This document shows positions 60,822 to 64,000 of a stretch of 64,000 nucleotides of DNA, one piece after another; within the stretch, counting starts at the first letter, position 1, and every line of letters starts with the position of its first letter. Made by a program: the position numbers and the translations under genes. Source of the stretch: Acidimicrobiia bacterium (GTDB lineage: Bacteria; Actinomycetota; Acidimicrobiia; IMCC26256; PALSA-610). Below the pieces are notes generated by a model. It did not search any database, had not been told where the DNA came from, and saw nothing but the letters and a program-made list of their open reading frames with translations. Location of the stretch: NCBI GenBank assembly GCA_026002935.1, contig BPGH01000001.1, forward strand, positions 2,629,250-2,693,249, in the 5' to 3' direction.

Positions 60822-62297
60822 TCACCGCGCGGGGCAGCGCAACCCCGCCGGCGGGGGCTCGAGGTCGACGAGGTAGGCGTCGACCGCGCGGTCGACGCAC
60901 TCGTCACCGCGCGCGTACGCGAGGTGCCCCTCGCCCTCGTAGACGACCAGGCGTGCGGACTCCAGCTGCGCCGCCAGCGCCTCGGCCCACGCGAGCGGTG
61001 TCGCCGGGTCGTTCGTCGTCCCGAGGACCACGATCGGCGGCGCGCCCGCGGCCCGCACCGGCGCCGGCGAGCCGTCGGGCGGGACCGGCCACACCGAGCA
61101 CGGCGCGCCGAGCCACAGGGTGGCCGCACCGAAGTACGGCGCCTCGGCCGCGATCCGCTGCGCCGTCGGGGCGAGCTCCCCGGGCGGCGGCGCGGCGCCG
61201 TCGAGACACCCGGTCGCGTAGAAGGCCTCCGTGTCGTTGTCGTACTCGCCGCCCGGGAGCCGGCCGGTGTACGTGTCGGCGAGCGAGGCGAGGATCGACC
61301 CGTCGCCGCGCGCGGCGGACGTGAGGGCGCGCGCGAGCAGGTCCCAGCCCTCCTCGCCGGCGTAGAGCGCCGTCGCGACGCCGATGTCGGCCTCGCCCGG
61401 CCCGACCAGCCGCCGCTCGCCCGCGACCACCGCGGGCAGGGTCTCGGCGTCGATCTGGGACATCAGGTCCTCGTACGCGGCGCGCGGGTCGCTCCCGCCG
61501 AAGCCGCAGTCGACGCGCTCGCAGTGCGCGAAGAAGGCCGCGAGCGCGCCGTCGAACCCCCTCGCCTGGTCGAGCGCGGTCTGCTCGTACGAGCGCGCCG
61601 GGTCGACCGCGCCGTCGAGCACGATCGCGCGCACCCGTTGCGGGTGGGCGTCCGCGTAGAGCGCACCGAGGTACGAGCCGTACGAGAAGCCGACGTAGGT
61701 GAGCCGGGGCTCGCCCAGCGCCTCACGGATCAGCTCCATGTCGCGGACGGTCGAGCGCGACGACAGGTGCGCGAGCAGCTCGCCCGAACGGCGCTCGCAG
61801 CCGGCGGCGAGCCGGCGCGCCTCGGCGAGGTTCGCCTCGACCTCGGCGGCGTCGTCCGGTGAGCGGTCGACGGCGAAGAAGCGGTCGAGGTCGTCGACGC
61901 AGTCGACCGGCGTGCTCTCCCCCACGCCGCGCGGGTCCCAGGTGACCACGTCGAACCGTTCGAGGACGGCCGGGGTGAACAGCTCCTCGGCCCGGTCGAG
62001 CAGCTCGACGGCGGGCGCGCCGGGGCCGCCGGGGTTGAACAGGAGCGCCCCGATCACGTCGTCCCCGCTCGCGCGGCGCCGGCCGAGCGCGAGCTCGATC
62101 GTGCCGGCGCCGGGATCGTCGTGGTCGAGCGGCACCTCGAGGGTCGCGCAGTCGATCCCGCCGCAGTCCTCCCAGTCGATCGATCCCCGCTCCACCCGGG
62201 GCTCGCGTCCGCCGTCGCCGCCGCCGCACGCCGCGCCGACGCAGACCGCCACCACCGCGGCGAGGAGCGCGAGCGGGGGCGGCGGGCGCGGCACCAT
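60822..62297 (-). CDS. secreted alpha/beta hydrolase lipoprotein, tripeptidyl-aminopeptidase (TAP)-like
   Basis: ATG 62297 lies within track ORF 60822..62423. The signal/lipobox is LALLAAVVAVCVGAAC. Translation: LLFNPGGPGAPAVE...YVGFSYGSYLG...NDPATPLAWA. Confidence 0.75.
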   Translation of the reverse strand: MVPRPPPPLALLAAVVAVCVGAACGGGDGGREPRVERGSIDWEDCGGIDCATLEVPLDHDDPGAGTIELALGRRRASGDDVIGALLFNPGGPGAPAVELLDRAEELFTPAVLERFDVVTWDPRGVGESTPVDCVDDLDRFFAVDRSPDDAAEVEANLAEARRLAAGCERRSGELLAHLSSRSTVRDMELIREALGEPRLTYVGFSYGSYLGALYADAHPQRVRAIVLDGAVDPARSYEQTALDQARGFDGALAAFFAHCERVDCGFGGSDPRAAYEDLMSQIDAETLPAVVAGERRLVGPGEADIGVATALYAGEEGWDLLARALTSAARGDGSILASLADTYTGRLPGGEYDNDTEAFYATGCLDGAAPPPGELAPTAQRIAAEAPYFGAATLWLGAPCSVWPVPPDGSPAPVRAAGAPPIVVLGTTNDPATPLAWAEALAAQLESARLVVYEGEGHLAYARGDECVDRAVDAYLVDLEPPPAGLRCPAR

Positions 62298-62320
62298 GGC
62301 CGGCACCCTAGGCGGCGCCA

Positions 62321-63010
62321 GTGGCCGCGGCCGCGCACCGGCGCCGACCCGGCTGGCCCCGCCCGCCCGCCGTTGACGAGGATGCGGAGGTGGACGGTGG
62401 GCACGACGCGCGCTCCGAGGCACCGCACCCCAACGGCGCGCTGCGCCCGCCGCGCCCGGCGCGCGCGCACCGGGTGCGGCGCCGGCTCCTCGCCGGCGGC
62501 GCCGTGGTGTTCGGCCTCGTGTGGGCGTACGCGATCTGGTACTCGGTGACGCGCACGAACCCGGAGGACCTCGACGACGCGACCGTCGCCGCCGTCGAGG
62601 CCGAGTGCGACGCCGCGCTCGCGCGGCTGCGCGAGCTCCCCGCCTTCGACCCCGGCGGCGGTGTCGAGGACGACGCGGCGCTCATCGAGGACGAGAACGC
62701 CGTGTTCGAGGCGATGATCGAGCGCCTCGCGGCGATCGAGCCCGACGGACCCGACCCCGCCGCGGCACGCGAGGCCTACCGGGAGTGGCTCGGCGACTGG
62801 CGCGCCCTCGTCGACCGGCGTGCCGCCGTCGTGCCCGACCTGCTCGCGGACGGCACCGCCCGGCCCGACTTCCGCCGCGAGGGCGAACCCGAGCCGATCG
62901 GGACGCGGATGCAGACCTACGTGAACGCGCAGGGCCTCTCGGCGTGCGATCCGTCGCGGTTGCAGATCGAGAACGTCGACCGGCCCCGCGAGTACCCGCG
63001 GGAGGGATGA
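62321..63010 (+). CDS. hypothetical membrane-anchored protein
   Basis: Track ORF of 229 aa. One TM segment (LLAGGAVVFGLVWAYAIWYSV) is followed by an acidic helical domain. The true start is uncertain. Confidence 0.45.
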   Translation: MAAAAHRRRPGWPRPPAVDEDAEVDGGHDARSEAPHPNGALRPPRPARAHRVRRRLLAGGAVVFGLVWAYAIWYSVTRTNPEDLDDATVAAVEAECDAALARLRELPAFDPGGGVEDDAALIEDENAVFEAMIERLAAIEPDGPDPAAAREAYREWLGDWRALVDRRAAVVPDLLADGTARPDFRREGEPEPIGTRMQTYVNAQGLSACDPSRLQIENVDRPREYPREG

Positions 63011-63011
63011 C

Positions 63012-63803
63012 ATGGGCCGCCTCGACGGCAGGGTCGCGCTGATCACGGGCGCCGCGAGCGGGATGGGGGCCGCGGCCGCCGAGCTGTTCGCCCGCGAGGG
63101 CGCCCGGGTCGTCGCGGTCGACGTCGAGCCCGCGGCCGGCACTGCGCTCGTGGCCCGCCTGCGCGACGCCGGCCACGACGCCTCGTTCGTCACGGCGGAC
63201 GTGTCGCGTGCGGACGACTGCAACCGGATGGTGGCGGCCGCCCTCGAGCGCTACGGCGCGTTGCACGTCCTCTACAACAACGCGGGCATCTTCCCCGCCG
63301 ACGACGGGGGCCTCCTCGAGACCCCCGAGCCGACGTGGGACCGGGTCGTGGCCGTGAACCTCAAGGGCGTCTGGCACGGCTGCCGGGCCGCGGTCCCCGC
63401 GATGCTCGCGGGGGGCGGGGGCTCCATCGTGAACGTCGCGTCCTTCGTCGCGCTGATGGGCTCGGCCACCGCGCAGGTCGCCTACACCGCGAGCAAGGGC
63501 GGGGTCCTGGCGATGACCCGCGAGATCGCCGTCGAGTACGCGCGCCAGGGGATCCGGGCCAACGCCCTGTGCCCGGGCCCGATCGAGACGCCGCTGCTCG
63601 CCGGACTCCTTGCGGACCCTCACCAGCGCGCCCGCCGCCTCGTCCACGTCCCGATGGGGCGCCTCGGGCGGGCCGAGGAGCTCGCGAAGGCCGCGCTGTT
63701 CCTCGCGTCCGACGACTCGTCGTTCATGACCGGCGCCGCGCTCGTGGTGGACGGGGGCATCACCGCCGCCTACGTCACGCCCGAGGACCCGGCCGGGGCG
63801 TGA
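63012..63803 (+). CDS. short-chain dehydrogenase/reductase (classical, 263 aa)
   Basis: Track ORF. Translation: VALITGAASGMGAAAA...NNAGI...YTASKGGV. Confidence 0.85.
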   Translation: MGRLDGRVALITGAASGMGAAAAELFAREGARVVAVDVEPAAGTALVARLRDAGHDASFVTADVSRADDCNRMVAAALERYGALHVLYNNAGIFPADDGGLLETPEPTWDRVVAVNLKGVWHGCRAAVPAMLAGGGGSIVNVASFVALMGSATAQVAYTASKGGVLAMTREIAVEYARQGIRANALCPGPIETPLLAGLLADPHQRARRLVHVPMGRLGRAEELAKAALFLASDDSSFMTGAALVVDGGITAAYVTPEDPAGA

Positions 63804-63891
63804 CCCGGTCACCGGACCGCCACCCGGGCGCCCCCTGATCGTCACCGGAAACGCCGACAGTCCGCCTGCGCGCGCGCCGAGGATACGGACG

Positions 63892-64000
63892 ATGACGAAG
63901 GGCTCGCGCCCGGCGCGCCCGGCCGACCTGTCCCGCCTCGCGCGCGTGCACGCGGCGTCGACGGCCGCGGACGCCGCGGTCGCCGCGGTGCTGGCCGGCA
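63892..64000 (+). CDS. start of an unidentified ORF running off the window
   Basis: ATG 63892, translation MTKGSRPARPADLSRLARVHAASTAADAAVAAVLAG... This is too short to classify. Confidence 0.25.
   Translation, partial: MTKGSRPARPADLSRLARVHAASTAADAAVAAVLAG

Noticed and set aside
1-64000. KstR/KstR2-type operators, tRNA/rRNA genes and CRISPR repeats anywhere in the window.
   Set aside because: None was recognised in a visual scan of the intergenic regions. This is a by-eye negative, not an exhaustive search; tRNAscan, Infernal and a motif scan would be decisive.

Overview
This is a very GC-rich (by eye >70 %) actinobacterial-type chromosomal segment that is almost entirely coding. I call about 65 protein genes; many are joined by 4-nt ATGA/GTGA/TTGA start-stop overlaps and a few look leaderless. 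I recognised no rRNA, tRNA, CRISPR array, transposase or integrase. (1) Most of the window is lipid/steroid-type acyl-CoA catabolism. It holds an ipdA-ipdB-ipdC-like CoA-transferase/enoyl-reductase block coupled to a DUF35 gene and a thiolase-like Ltp gene. It also holds four AMP-ligases (FadD-like), five acyl-CoA dehydrogenase genes (two adjacent large/small pairs), three Ltp-type thiolases, one classic thiolase, five SDRs, a crotonase, a MaoC-like hotdog protein, two amidohydrolases, an aldehyde dehydrogenase and F420/mycothiol-type enzymes. (2) Regulation and signalling genes are three TetR regulators, one ArsR, a triple-PAS GGDEF-EAL protein, a stand-alone PilZ protein, a GAF-DHp protein lacking an ATPase domain, and Ppx/GppA. 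(3) There is one vapBC toxin-antitoxin pair. (4) The most distinctive locus (about 41.7-51.6 kb) is a translationally coupled operon: a WD40 propeller, a GtrB-GtrA fusion, a processive GT2 synthase, a GT-C/PMT-like transferase and a 1237-aa secreted PA14x3-sugar dehydrogenase-PKD protein. It faces a convergent hydrolase-like lipoprotein. I read it as an uncharacterised extracytoplasmic glycan synthesis/decoration system. (5) A recurring CTGAC(G/A)-N3/4-(C/T)GTCAG palindrome family sits in front of several catabolic operons, including two near-identical copies 59 kb apart. (6) At least nine reading-frame disruptions are visible by eye. Eight are single-nt frame changes, nearly all net +1, and one is an in-frame TAG. 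They are either true pseudogenes or assembly indels and need read-level verification. All functional calls come from my own reading of the translations; no database search was run.
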